Shown here: positions 1 through 13,527 of the stretch, one piece after another
Layout: each line of letters begins with the position of its first letter
Numbering within the stretch: position 1 is the stretch's first letter
Assembly (NCBI RefSeq): GCF_018977255.1
Contig: NW_024704743.1
Location: 67,396,001-67,460,000 of the forward strand
DNA: 64,000 bases
DNA from: Callorhinchus milii
Lineage: Eukaryota
Reading direction: 5' to 3'
The notes under the pieces: generated by a model
The model's input: the letters and a program-made list of their open reading frames with translations, nothing else
Told to the model about the DNA's origin: nothing
Databases searched by the model: none
Translations under genes and position numbers: made by a program

Positions 1-337
1 AAGGCTGAAAAGAAGCCCGAATAAAGACGACAGATAAAGTGAAGCCTGAGGGAAGAATTCGCAAACATATCTGATTAGATTGGATGGCTGGCTGGTGTGG
101 AATAGAAAGAATACAAGATGAAAAATAATAATCTGGATCATGCAAAAATAGATTTGAAGTACTAAAACAAAATTGATGCAAAGTTTTGAGGTAAAATATA
201 TTATTATTATTTAAATATATGAAAACATAAGAAAAAACAACACTAATAAGCATTTATATCACATCCTTTATGTAGGATAACCTCTTGGAGGGCACGCAAA
301 GCTTGGAACCAGAGAGGAGATCAAGCTCACTCACACC

Positions 338-690
338 AATACAATACAAAATTACATTTGTATGGCGCCTTTGATGTTGGCAGGACATCTGAAGGCGTTG
401 GACAGTCAGGGATTTGGACCTGAGCTGGAGGTTGGGATTGGGGAGAGTGGAGGGCAGGGAGGGTAGGAGGGTGGCCGAAGGCTTGATCGAAGAGGAGGTT
501 TTAAGACGTGCCGTGAAGGAGGCAAGGGAGGGAGCAGGAAAAAGGGAATGTGGGATGGAGTCCCAAAGAGTGGGAGCAGAGAGGCTGAAAGGTCGTCCAC
601 CGATGTTGGGGCGGGCCGGGGGCGAGAACCTGGAGCAGGTCTGCTGAGCGGAGGGAGCGGACAGGTTGATACGGGGTCAGCAGGTCACAG
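338..690 (-). mobile_element. L2-clade LINE, 3' end fragment
   Basis: The minus strand ends in the L2 tail ...AAAGGCGCCATACAAATGTAATTTTGTATTG. Upstream sequence matches the other L2 3' ends in the window. Confidence 0.75.
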
Positions 691-710
691 CAAAAACCTG
701 TCTGTCATGT

Positions 711-1300
711 ACAACAACAACAAATTGCGTTTATGTAGAGCTCTTCACATCTGGAGGATGCCCCAAGGTGCTGGACAATGAGGTTGTGTTGCAGGTTAGA
801 ATCAGGTTAGGTGAGGGCAACGGGGTGGAGAAAAGCAGATGACCAAAGACACAGTAGAAAAGGAATGTTGAGACGGGCCTTTCAGGAGGGGGTGAGGCGG
901 AGGGTCTGGGATAGAGTTTCAGAGAATGGGGGCAGCAACGATAAAGGTCCGACAGCTGACAGTGGAGCAGTCGGGGTGGGGGGTTGTGGAGCAGGCCAGT
1001 GCCTACAGAGCGGAGGGAGCAGACAGGTTGGTGAAGTTTTAATAGGTTGCAGATGCAGGGAGGAGCAAGACCGTGGAGGGCTTTAAAAGTGAAGACAAGG
1101 ATCTTGAACTCGATCCTCTGGGGGCTGGGGAGCCAGTAAAGCTGGGCAACGATAGGGGTGATCAGCTCATAGAGTTTAGTGCAGGAGAGGATATGAGCTC
1201 CAGATTTCTGAATAATCTGCATGGTAACAGAGGCAATAACACATAATGACATGGGTGTGGGGTTGAAAAGGCAGGTGAGGGTTGAACAAGACACCAAGAC
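711..1300 (-). mobile_element. L2-clade LINE, ORF2 C-terminus plus 3' tail (degenerate)
   Basis: ORF 731-1297 contains ITPIVAQLYWLPSPQRIEFKILVFTFKALHGLAPP, the typical L2 ORF2 C-terminal motif. It ends in a (TTG)n tail. Confidence 0.85.
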
Positions 1301-1847
1301 CAGCTGAGTTTAGATTGAATCAGGATGGGATCCTGTGAAGCTGCAATGAAATGTGGGATGGCAGTGATCCAACCTGTTGTGCTGAACTTGCCGGCAGAGG
1401 AAGGATAGCAGCCAGTCTTTGGTAAGGAGTAATGGATGGAGAAATGGGATGATTCATAACATCTGTTCTGAAACATTTCATTTTTCACCTGAGAACTTTC
1501 AAATTACAGCATGTCTATATCAAATGCAAAGATTATTATTATTATTATTAGAATGTCAAACCTCAATTTACTGCACATTATTCCCTTTAACAAGGAACTG
1601 GCCAACTAAGGTAAAAATACAATAGATGCTATCATGTACTAGCTTGACATCCTTTCACAAGAAACTGCATTATAACGGCTGCTATATCACGACAAGCTTG
1701 TTATTAGCTAAATGCACAAGCTAATTTATTTCAACTATATTGCAACTTTGAAGGTTAAAAAAGTTTTTTGAACAAAGAGTACTTCAATTTCATATCATTA
1801 ATAATTCAACACATGCAAGGCTCTGTAATGGCTCTTCATTGGTATTA

Positions 1848-2335
1848 ATAATAATAATCTTTGCGTTTGAGAATTGTGCCTTAACTCGTCGAGACATTTC
1901 AAAGCTCTTCACAGGATATATCGTAAAGTGGATTGACTGTGTATTTTGTGGGTGAATGAGGCGCACAGCAATGTCCCACAGTTAGACATGGAGTGAGTGA
2001 CCAATTTTATTTGGGGGGATTGTTGACCAGGAGTGGGAGAAACTCCATTCTCTTTTTGAGTAGTGCGATGGGATCCTTAACAACAGCAGCAGCAGCAGCA
2101 GCATATTGCATTTATATAGCACTTTTCGCAGGAGGATAATCCACATGAACGGGCAGACGGTACCTTGGTTTAATGTCTCATCTGAAGGACGGCACCACTG
2201 ACAATGCAACGCACCCCCAGCACTACACTGGAGTGTGAGCTTACGCAATGTGATTCAATGTCCCAACGTGGGGCTTGAATCCACAATCTTCTTACTCAGA
2301 GATGAGAGTGCTACTACTAAGCCAAGCTGACACTT
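1848..2335 (-). mobile_element. Old DeuSINE (SacSINE1-like)
   Basis: The minus strand has head GTCAGCTTGGCTTAGT...GGATTCAAGCCCCAC, Deu-domain-like body GCCGTCCTTCAGATGAGACATTAAACCAAGG and an (ATT)n tail. An L2 tail scrap is nested at ~2078-2135. Confidence 0.7.
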
Positions 2336-2724
2336 ATTGATGATGAAAGAATTCAGTGCTGTGAAAATGTGTATTTTGGTTACATAATACTGCTTAGTTA
2401 TTTCACATACAAACAGCATAATCATTTGAATATATTTATATTCTCATTTTGTGATGTTCATTAACTAAAAATGTCCATCAACAATATTCATAAAAATATC
2501 AAGGGCTGCCTTAAGACACAACATTTCGAAAATATGAATCAACTTCTATTTAGGATTTAACTAGCCAACACTTTCTGTGTCACGAAGGAAATCAACCTAA
2601 CATTGTCATTAAGAACTCATGAGCTGTTGAATATAAATAGCTTCAGACTGTGAATATGTTTTTGTTTTCCTCAAAGCATTTCCAATTTGTGTTACATAAT
2701 GTTTTGCCCCCATAAATAAATTAG

Positions 2725-2937
2725 ATAATAATAATAATAATCCTTGCATTTGATATAGCGCTTTTCACGTCGGGAGGACGTCCCAAAGCGCTTCACAGAA
2801 CACACTGTAAAGTGAATTGACTGTATATTTGTGGGCGAACGCGGCAGCCAATTGCGCACAGCAATGTCCCACAAACAGTTGTAGATTGAAAATGACCAAT
2901 TTATTACTGGTTTTGGTTTTTGGAGGGATTATTATAA
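2725..2937 (-). mobile_element. Young tRNA-derived SINE, 5'-truncated
   Basis: Near-identical to the 3' two-thirds of the copy at 40404-40724. The head is absent. Confidence 0.9.
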
Positions 2938-3758
2938 GCTTGCTAATGAAGAGTTTGCATACAAGGTTCAACTTTGTACTTATCCAGCGCCTTGGGATGT
3001 CCTCCCGAACGTGAAATACACGATACTACTGTCATTTTGTTGTTGTTATCAATTGAACCTGACATTGTTTGAGCACCAGATATAATTGAATCAAATGAAG
3101 CAGTTACAAAGAACAAGTCTCATTGTCTGACATTTTCTTTTGAAGCTGGACTATTATACACAACATAATTCTAGATTCAATCCTCAAAGGATATTCTGGG
3201 ATGTGGCTTTCTAACAACCTTGTTTAGAGTCTTTCTGTGTAGTATAGCCTACATAGTATAATAATAATAATTACACAGTATGAAAGTTTTCTTTTCCCCC
3301 AAAGTTACGTCTTCAATTTTTAAAAAAAATCTATTTGTATCTAGTTGGCGTTCCAATTGAAATTCCATTATCATTCTTTTTGCTTCTGTTTCTTTCAATG
3401 TACATCTGTCCAGATTTGTTTTAAAAATTGTTTCCACTTTAATAAAGTTAATCCTGGAAAGATTTCCTAAATTTGGGATTTTCTGCTGATATACAATAAT
3501 AGAAATACCTCTGAGATATATTATACAGCTCCAATTTGCAATATTCACAGAATTGCTAAATGTGATTTTGGCCTAATTGCTTTTATTCCCCAAACTTTTT
3601 GAAAGAAGCATTTTGCAAATATTGAAATTAGGCAACTTAAGATATTCACAAACAATTATTACTTTTATCCCATTTGCAAATATCACCTAGAACCTACCTT
3701 TTCTCATGCACCTATGGTTATCTTCCCCACTCCCCTGCTCAGCTCCACCACTGCTACT

Positions 3759-4075
3759 ATAATAATAATAATCCTTGCATTTGATATAGCGCTTTTCACG
3801 TCTTCTAGACGTCTCGAAGTGCTTTACAGAATATGCTGTAAAGTGAATTGACTGTATATTTTGTGGGTGAAACGCGGCAGCCAATTGCGCACAGCAGTGG
3901 TCCCACAAACAGTCGTAGATTGAAAATGACCAATTTATTATTGTTTTTGTTTTTGGAGGGATTATTATTAGGTGTGTGGAGTAAGGAAACTTGCCCAAGG
4001 TTTTGCCCTGCCTGGAATTGAACCCAGGTGTCTCGCTTGCAAAGCGAGTGCTTTAACCACTGAGCTACAGGACTC
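3759..4075 (-). mobile_element. tRNA-Ala-derived SINE, short form, full length
   Basis: Head GAGTCCTGTAGCTCAGTGG (A box) and GTTCAATTCC (B box); tail AAGCGCTATATCAAATGCAAGG(ATT)n. Confidence 0.92.
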
Positions 4076-5246
4076 AAAATACAGAGCTCTGAGACATTAT
4101 TCTATGTGAGGGGCACTGTGCAACAATCATATAATCCTTATATTTGTTTTTCACCTCAGGTGGATGTCCCAAAGCACTCTGCAGGATACACTACAGAGTG
4201 AAGTGGCTCTATTTTGTGGGAGAACACATAAAAATGCAAATTATTATATCGCAAAATAGACCACAATAGTCTGTTGATGCAAGCAAGCTAAGTAGGCAAG
4301 TGAATAACATTTAGGGGTGGGGAACAGATGGGCCAAAGAATGGCAGATGAATTTGAATAGAGAAAAATACAAAATATTGCAGAATGCTTGTCCACGAGCA
4401 AAGTGGAGAAGAAAACGCATTTGTCATCTAAAATATTTTATTCCTTCACTAAATACTCCAAAACAATTTACCTTCAAATAGTGTCTTTTAAGTTCGAATG
4501 ACGTCTTAAAATGTTTCACTTAGGTGACTGGGCACCTGAGCAAGGAGTGGGAGAATTGAGTAAGAACTTCTTACAGTCACAGGAAGTTCATGTCAGGCCA
4601 TCGCACAGGAATTTCTATGAGTTGATGGGATGTGCTTCTGGATTCCGTAATTAACAACAACAACAACAAAATTACATTTATATTGTGCCTTTCACGTTGG
4701 GAGGAAGTCCAAAAGGCTTAACAGCACTGGCTGGGGATGGGAGATGATGGAGATGGGGAGGGGAAAGATGCCTGAAAGCACGGTCAAAGAGGTAGGGTTC
4801 AGGACGGAACTTAAACGTATTTTAATAATTCTATTGAATTCTATTAATAATTCTGGACAGGAGTCCATTGAAATGTTGTTGTCTCTAAAGTGAAGCTACT
4901 CTATGCTAACACTTAATAACCAGCCTTGCTTCAAACTGATCTCTAGTCATGAGTTTAGGAAGAAATAAGTTTTAGATTTTTTTATAACTGTTAATTATAG
5001 GAGCCCATTATCCATAATGAGGTAATAGAATACAGCCATTAAAGGCATTAAAGAACTGAGTTCCCTTAAAGAAAGCTCATGTGTGATGGCTAAAAGGGAA
5101 TATAGATGAATAATTTTATATACCTTAGTCTGATCTTACAGAACTTCAAATATTAACATTTTATTATGACGAGTAGTATTTTATGATCCCCGAGAAGGAT
5201 TGGACGTGAATATCGCATCAGTTTAAATGATTCTTTGGATGTTAAT

Positions 5247-5604
5247 AACAATAATTCTTGCATTTGATGCATTTGATAAAGGCCCTGTCACATCTTCAAA
5301 ACATCTCAAAGTGGTTCACGGAATCTATTGTAAAGTTAATTGACAGTGTATTTTGTGGGCAAAATGTGGCAGTTGTGCACAGTAGTGTCCCACAAACAGT
5401 CGTGGATTGAATAACCACATTTTTTTTTGAGAATTTATTTCCCCTGGAAACCGACCCGCCAATCGACTGACAACTGGATTCCTACATAATGCAAGGTAAA
5501 CTGGCGTGTGGAGTAAGGAAACTGGCCCAAGGTTTCGCCCTGACTGGGAATCGGACCTGGGTGCTTTTGCTTGCGAGGTGAGCAATCTCTACGCTACAGG
5601 ACTC
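5247..5604 (-). mobile_element. tRNA-derived SINE, long (older) form
   Basis: Same head and tail as the short form plus an internal ~60-70-bp segment (GTAGGAATCCAGTTGTCAGTCGATTGGCGG). Confidence 0.85.
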
Positions 5605-5608
5605 AACA

Positions 5609-5939
5609 AATAATAATAATAATAATAATAATAATCCTTGCATTTGATATAGCGCTTTTCACGTCGGGAGGACGTCCCAAAGCGCTTCACTGAAGACACT
5701 GTAAAGTGAATTGACTGTATATTTGTGGGCGAACGCGGCAGCCAATTGCGCACAGCAATGTCCCACAAACAGTCGTAGATTGAAAATGACCAATTTATTA
5801 TTGTTTTTGATTTTGGAGGGATTATTATTAGGCTCTGTGTGGAGTAAGGAAACTTGCCCAAGGTTTCGCCCTGTCTGGGATTGAACTCAGGTCTCTTGCT
5901 TGCAAAGCGAGTGCTCTAACCACTGAGCTACAGGACTCC
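5609..5939 (-). mobile_element. tRNA-Ala-derived SINE, short form, full length
   Basis: A and B boxes, anticodon-like arm, L2-type tail. Lies head-to-tail with the copy at 5247-5604. Confidence 0.92.
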
Positions 5940-7947
5940 ACAAAGATCCCATGACACAACTTGAAAACAGACGATAGTTTCTCCCAGTGTCTGGACCAAT
6001 AATCCTCCAGATAAAAATTGGACCTTCACTTCAAGGCTGTTTGTGGGGCATTGCTGTGTGCAAATAATAATACAAATAATCCTTGTGTTTGATATAACGG
6101 CCTATCACATCATCGAGATGTCTCAGTACACTTCACAAAATTTACTGTTAAGTTAGTGACTGCATATTTTGTAGTGGACAACTGGACAAATTGGCTGCCA
6201 TATTTGTTTGCAAAGTACACAGTCACTGCACTTTATATTTCAAATACCATGAAACACTTTTAGACATCGCCCGGAAGGAAAACGCAATATATGAAATGCA
6301 ATTACAAAGCGCATTCTTAAGATGACATAAATGTATATGAATTCTGCAATGTTTGCAAAAGAAGAAATGAAATCAGATTTCTTTTTCAGGCTGATCTTTA
6401 ATGTCTGACCCTGAACAGATATTCCTGAAGAGTTTTTTTTAAGAGTACTGTACTTTTATTTTTGGTGCTCTGGGCTGGTCTGGGTGTTAAATGCAGAGAC
6501 TGATTCAAATGGTAATGTGCCACAAATTCCTCATGAGGAAAAAATTAATGTTACATCTGACTCCTTGTCAAAAGGGAGTTTGAAAATGTGGACTGGAATT
6601 TCTTTCTGTGTGTGGAAGGAAGTGGGGGATGTTTCATGATTAACTATTAACCACAGCAGCTGTTTTCTCTGGTGTTAGTAGTGAAAAACACTTGCCAGCA
6701 TTTCATTCATGCCAGAAATATAGTTGCAGGACAGGTAGGTTTTGCATGTCCATTGAGACAAATTTCATCATTATTATAAAGCCAATTAATCATTTACTTC
6801 ATTGCTGTTTGTGGGACATTGCTATGTGCAAATTGGCTACTATGTTTTGCCCACAAAACACATAGACACTACACTTTGCAGTATACTCTGTGAAGCACTT
6901 TGAGATGTCCTCCCGATGTGAAAGACCCTACATGAATGTAAGGATTATTATTATTTAATATTGTTATTAGATAATATGGATTCAGCCACTTAAAAAACTT
7001 AAAATAGAATGAATATGGACTTCAGAAGATAAGTTAAAATATTTCAAAAATAAGGACAATATGACAGAACAGTCATTTATTGAGCCTACAAAGAAGTTAT
7101 TGAACAGGGAGGGAAAAATCTCAAGGAAGCTTAGGAGAGGGAGAACGGAACGCAGCATTACTGGTAAGAGAATACTACAAACTATCAGAACTAAACGCTG
7201 AAAGTTCTTTTTTATGAAGTACATTAATCACGATGGGCTCACTTGATGGTTTGGTGCGTAAATGTAACATTGTTTGAAATGGTAGAGAGAGATACAGATT
7301 ACATCCTTGATCTGTGCTGAGTTGATCAGCCAGGTAAAAAGGTTGTTTACAAATACACAGTCATAACACTTTATAGAAAACTCTGTTGAGAAGTATTGCC
7401 GTGATAAGACACTAGATCAATTGAATAAATAGCTAAAACATAAAGACATTAAAGCGCTGTGGGACGCTAACCTGTGTGAGGGGTGCTATATAAACAGAAG
7501 TTGTTGTTGCAGGTATGTGCACCTTCAGGAAGGTAATTAATGACTGGAACAAGTTGCCAGGAAGGGTGGTTGAGACAAGGAAGCTGGATTCAGCTTGATG
7601 CTGTGTTAGGAGGATGGTAGGGTGGTTATTCTGAAAGGTTTAGATGAGATGGTATAAAGGACATCTTCATTTTTGAACAAGTCTTTTGAGTGCATGGTCT
7701 TAAATCCCCAACAGTCTGAGCAACTGAAATTTCAAAAGAGTCAGAGGGAGCAAGTTTCAAACACATCAAGAACTAATTAAAACACTAGAGAAACTGCAAC
7801 AGAAAAACAAGCAGGAGAGACTGACAACACAACAGGAAAAATAGAATACCTACACTGATGTTCATAAACTACATAATCCAATTCTAATTTTGTTTCCTGA
7901 AAAATTATTTCTGGCCTGTTTAAAAATGAAAGTTAAAGCTATAATAA

Positions 7948-8335
7948 ATAATAAGAATCCTTGCGTTTGATATAGCGCCTTATCACATCTTCAAAAAGTC
8001 TCAAAACATTTCACAGAATCGAGTATAAATGAATTGACTGTATAGTTTGTGGAAGAAACATGGCAGCCAATAGTGCACAGCAAGGTCCCACACACAGTTA
8101 TGGATTGATGACCAAATTATTATTTTTTTTACTGTTTCTTTTAAGGGATCATTACCCAAAAAATCAATCCACCAATCGACTAACAACCGGGTTCCTACTT
8201 ACTGCTATCTACTTACTGGTAAACAGAGGCGTGTCGAGTAAGGAAACTTACCCAATGTTTCGCCTTGCCCGGGAATCGAACCCAGGTCCTCTTGTTTGTG
8301 AAGCAAGTGCTCTAACTACAAAGCTACAGGACTCC
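7948..8335 (-). mobile_element. tRNA-derived SINE, long form
   Basis: Head GGAGTCCTGTAGC...GGTTCGATTCCC, internal extra segment, tail AAGGCGCTATATCAAACGCAAGG. Confidence 0.85.
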
Positions 8336-9817
8336 ACTAAAACTTCAACCAACTCAATTGCTACTAAAGAATAATGATAATCCTTAACTTTGATATCGTG
8401 CATTATAAAAGACAAATATATACATAATATAAAATAAGCTGGTGAAAAATATGGTATGCGATGTGTAATATTATAAGTAATAAACATTATATTGTTGGAC
8501 ATTCTGCTTCTGGAGATATATCCAGTTGATAACCACTCAGTGGAGCAATCTCATTCCCCCAATGGTTTCACCTAAAGCCAGTTGCTGCAGCCAGTGAGAC
8601 AGCCAGCGTTACCTTTGTTAACTGTGGCCAGGTGGATCCCAGCACTTTGTGCCAATTTAGGGTATGATACTTTTAAAGCGTGGTGGCAGGTTCAAAGGCA
8701 CTGTTAGTCGACTTCTGGTGGTGTGTGAGGGAAGAAAGAGAATGTTTCCACACAGTAGTTATCAACTGGGACATTGCTAAGAATTGATTATCCCATGATG
8801 TGATAATTTCCACCAGTTATAATCATTTTGTTCTGCATGCCTCACTCTTTCACCATCATACACTTGATTTCTTGAATGAATAAATAAATTTACCAAAAAG
8901 GAAACATGGAATTGATTTGGACGATGTAATATCATGGGCCTATTACATTTATTTATCTGTTGACCTTCACCACTTTAGTTACCTGCTGGACAGCGTTTTC
9001 TTTCAAACATTTTACAATTCACTGTGGATTACACTGCCTGAGTGAGCAATGAAGGAAATCCAATACTAACAATCAGCCAGATGATATTTATATATTTATT
9101 AATGCCTTAGGATTTCAAAACTCTTCTGTAGCTGTAATCTATAAAGTGTCTGATTCTATTTATTCACCATTGTATGAATTATACCATTCATTTTGGCAGA
9201 AGCCAAAAGAATAATTAGATTAAGAATGACATGCCTGTACTGTTGTATTATACTGAAGTGCACATTAATCTGCTTGAATTCAGTTGGATTTCCACAGTGT
9301 GCGATACATTCAGTGAAAGGGATATAATTACAGCAAACTCTGCCTGGTTGGGGGGACAGTTTTGACTTAACAAGCAAGGAATCAACAAGGTATGAACTAG
9401 TTTGATTTAGAGATCAGAGATTATTGATCAAACTAGTGAATCTGAACTATCCTTATAAAGAGCTTTAAGAGAATTTACCCAAGTGAAGCGAGTGAGGCAA
9501 ATGGAGTGGTCAAGGTGGGGAAATTTAAACAGTTGAATGCAAATCTGACAGGATTCTTTATCATTAAGAGCAAAAGAGCTCTCCACCTCATTCTGCTCTC
9601 CCGTCAACAGGTTTCTTTCAGCAAAGTCCAATCCTGCCAACGTATAGCAACAGTCTGTCATATGAAACAAATAGAAGCAGTTTAAATTGAGTGAGGGAGT
9701 GAGTGAGTGTAAGATGGAGTGTGCCATAGTGGTATCATATAATAATCCTTATGTTTGATATAGCTGCTTCCACATCAGGAGGATATCTCAAAGCACTTTA
9801 CAGGATATACTGTAAAG

Positions 9818-10172
9818 CAGGGGTTTCCAAACTGGATTCCGTGACCCCTGGAGGCAGTGCAATTGCTTCAGGAGTCGTGCAGCTGAAAGACTTACTGGAA
9901 ATCCAAAGGCTACAGAAGCCTGGTTGGGTAACAGAAGTCTGCGCAGCCCGAGGAGAGGATGAGAAAGGCCCGTTCAATGTCTCCAGTGCAAAGTATTTCA
10001 GGACAGCCTTCTGTAAAGGCTGTGGGGGAAGAGGAGATGGCCTCCCTGCTCTACAGGAAGCTTGTGCAACAGTCCTCAATTAGAATACCTAATGTCCTGG
10101 GAGGCTTTGAGGCTGTCAGACCTTGAGACCTAACCCTCAAGGCTTTGAGCCCAGAAAGTTTAGGAACCTCTG
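9818..10172. mobile_element. Non-autonomous hAT (Charlie-like) DNA transposon / MITE
   Basis: Imperfect 16-bp TIRs CAGGGGTTTCCAAACT / AGTTTAGGAACCTCTG. 8-bp TSD CTGTAAAG (9810-9817) / CTGTAAAT (10173-10180). Confidence 0.8.
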
Positions 10173-10679
10173 CTGTAAATTACTATACTGTAGTAACTGT
10201 ATTTGTAGATGAATACCTTAAACATCAAAATCTAGGACTTAATTGCAACAATACAAGTTAGAAAAGGACTATCGCTGCCTGCGACACCAAGCCCAGAGCT
10301 AAGTGCAGATTAATGGGATAAATGAAAGGTAACATTTTTAGGATTTCATAGCTGACATTGTGTTCAGGTGAGATGCCCAACAGCATAAAGCCAACATAAC
10401 TGAGAGAGATAAGGGATAAACAAGCTTACAAGGCTTACATTGGTTGTGAGGAATGTAATCTTCACACTGGCTCCAGTTCTTTACAAAACAGTTATCTTTT
10501 CATCTACAAATACAGTGTAACTGGTATATCCTTTAGAAATCTGTGTGACAGAGTCAACTTTCATACTTATGGGTCAGCAGATCAAAATGGTCGGAGAACA
10601 AAAATTTTGTAACTGCATTCTATCTTCTGCGCAATCTAGGGTGTACAGTTCGACCCCCCCAGCTGTCCTTCCTCCCCCA

Positions 10680-11343
10680 CATCCAGTCCCTGACCAGGAG
10701 CGCCTTCTCCCACTTCTGCCAAATTGCCCGCCTCCGACCGTACCTTACCCCAAATGCAGCCAAAACCCTTGTGCATACGTTTGTCACCTCCCACCTGGAT
10801 TATTCAAACCCACTCCGCGCCGATCTTCCCAGATCCACTATTCAAAAGATCCGGCTCATTCAGAACTGTGCAGCCTACATACTGACACGGACCAAACTCC
10901 GTACCCACATCTCAACAGTTCTGACCAAGCTCCACTGGCTCCCCATCACTGAAAAGATCAACTTCAAGATCCTCACTCTTGTGTTCAAATTCCTTCACTC
11001 TCTGGCACCTCCCTACCTCTCCGACCTCCTCATTCCCCAATCCAACACCCGGCGCTTCCGCTCGACTGTTCATCCCTCACACCCTCTGACCCACAATCGG
11101 TGGTCGTGCTCTCAGCCACTACACTCCAAAACTCTGTAAGACTCTTCCTCAATCCCTCTGCCTTGCCCCCTCTCTCCCCTTTTTCAAGTCCCGCCTGAAA
11201 ACCTTCCTCTTCGTCCGTGCCTATGGCCACCTACACCCCCCCCCTCCCCACCCCACCGGCTCGGAGTCAGGTTCCGCTACTGTTAAGCGCTCTGAAATGC
11301 TACCCTGCGTGGAGGGCGCTATATAAATGCAAGTTGTTGTTGT
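10680..11343 (+). mobile_element. L2-clade LINE, 3' fragment
   Basis: ORF 10771-11139 contains HTFVTSHLDYSN...LHWLPITEKINFKILTLVFKFLHSLAPPYL. Tail GGGCGCTATATAAATGCAAG(TTG)n. Confidence 0.9.
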
Positions 11344-11691
11344 TCTGCACGACGGAATTGTAACAACAGTATATCACACAGTGCAACAAAAGTACATCAG
11401 TGCATTGCAATTCCTGCACACTTTGCAATTGTTATTCCTGCATCCTTTCCAATTCCCAACAATTAGATTTTGAACTACAGTGACAAACTTGGAGTGAATG
11501 ATAACAATAATTTACATTTATATAGTGGGTTTCATGACGGGAGGATGCCTCAAATTGCTGTTCACTGAGCTGACTGGGAGGAGGAACTCTGCAGAATTTA
11601 ATGAAATTACACTTGAGATCCCAATAAACTCCACTGGTAAGTATAGATATTGCATTGGAAGCTTTTCACTGTATCTAAAGGATACCAGGTT

Positions 11692-11753
11692 GAATTGAAC
11701 TCAGGTCTCTCGTTTGCAAAGCGAGTGCTCTAACCACTGAGCTACAGGACTCC
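11692..11753 (-). mobile_element. Isolated tRNA-like head of the young SINE
   Basis: The minus strand reads GGAGTCCTGTAGCTCAGTGGTTAGAGCACTCGCTTTGCAAACGAGAGACCTGAGTTCAATTC with no body. Confidence 0.85.
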
Positions 11754-12004
11754 ACATTACCCACGTTATATAAGCGAGCATTTAGATCTCTCAGCTCTCC
11801 TCCTGCCCCACTTACTTCTCCACCCACTCCATCTGCTCAGCTACCTTGTGCTTGGCCTTCTCACTGTCAGTAGCCGAGCTTTCAGTTCAGTCTTTTCCCT
11901 TCTTTTCTGTCTTTAAGCCCCCTCCTCCCCAGCTCCCTGAATATGCAAATGGCCACTCCTGCCCTCCCTCTCTTCCTCCCCACCTTCCTCTCCGCCTCCA
12001 TCTC

Positions 12005-12280
12005 TAACAACAAAATTACATTTATAGAGCGCCTTTCACGTCGGGAGGACATCCCAAAGCGCTGAACAGTCAGGTGTCGGGGCCCCGAGCATGGGGGAGG
12101 GGTGGTGTATGGGTGAGGGAAGGCAGAGAGGTGGGAGGGAGACCAAAGGCACGGTTGAAGCGAAGGGTCTTGAGACCGGCCTTGAAGGAGGCAAGGGAGG
12201 AAGCGAGGAGAAGGGACCGTGGGATGGAGTTCCAGTTTGTGGGGGCAGAGAGGCTGAAAGCCCGGCCACCAATGGTAAGA
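12005..12280 (-). mobile_element. L2-clade LINE 3' end
   Basis: TIGGRAFSLSAPTNWNSIP...FKAGLKT (L2 ORF2 terminus) followed by the stem-loop tail. Confidence 0.85.
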
Positions 12281-13266
12281 AGCAAGCTGACACATTAACC
12301 CGCTATATAAATACAAATTGATATTGTTAGATACTGCTCAAAGTAAGGTATGAAGTGCATCTGAGATAACAAAGTCCAGAAACACAGGTTAAGCTCAGGC
12401 CATTTAAGTGCATTTAAGGAATGACAAGGGGCCTGGTGTCCCTCAAGAACATTAACTTTCAAAGAAGAGTTTCTGGATACAGTATATTTTAGGTAAGCCT
12501 TTCATTCCTATCCTGTGTTTCATTTTCTCTCCTGTCTTTATGTAGCTGAAGGCTCATATCATCCTCCAGGAATGAAAACAGACAAGTTCCCTGTTTGCCA
12601 ATCCTGCTCTGGACCTGACTGCTACGAGGGGTGAGAGGGCAGCTGGCACCTCCCAGTCATGGAGAATTATTATCCGGAGTTTTCTCTGCGAAGAAACATG
12701 GGCAAAGACTCATATCACGGTGCTCTGATGTATGATAGGTATTGGTACAGCCTTATACAAATTAAATCTGTCAGCAAGCTGGCTCATTTTAAAGCCACAC
12801 ACTAACATGTCATACTGTAATGAGAGATAAAAAAAGCAGCAAAGCATACTACGCTATTTTGATGCATTTCTCTTTGTTCCAGCACACTATCATTGAGTAG
12901 ACCCCCTTAGATTGGAAATTAATACGCTGAGTTCAAGCAGAACAATTACAGCCGTCATTACTGAGTGGTCTCTAATTGGGATCTGCAGTGCTTTGGGGAC
13001 CAGCCAGATAGTCATTTGAGGGTAGCATCTCCTGGGAGGAAACTGCAGAGATCTACTAGGCACTGATTATTTCAGACTTGAGGAAGTACAGAACCAGGAT
13101 AGCAAAAAGGAAGCTGAAATCTTCCTCTCATGAAATAATAGTACAGTATTGCTGACTCAAAATTCAGATCAGTTCATTTTCTGAGAAGGATGAAGAATAT
13201 CAATAAATAAACCTTCCCTTTCTTTGAATTTCTAAAAAAATCATCCTTTATGCTTGGTCATGCTGA

Positions 13267-13527
<261 letters not shown>

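Noticed and set aside
9751..10083. 110-aa ORF with an overlapping antisense ORF
   Set aside because: Spans a SINE remnant and the MITE interior; no transposase motifs.
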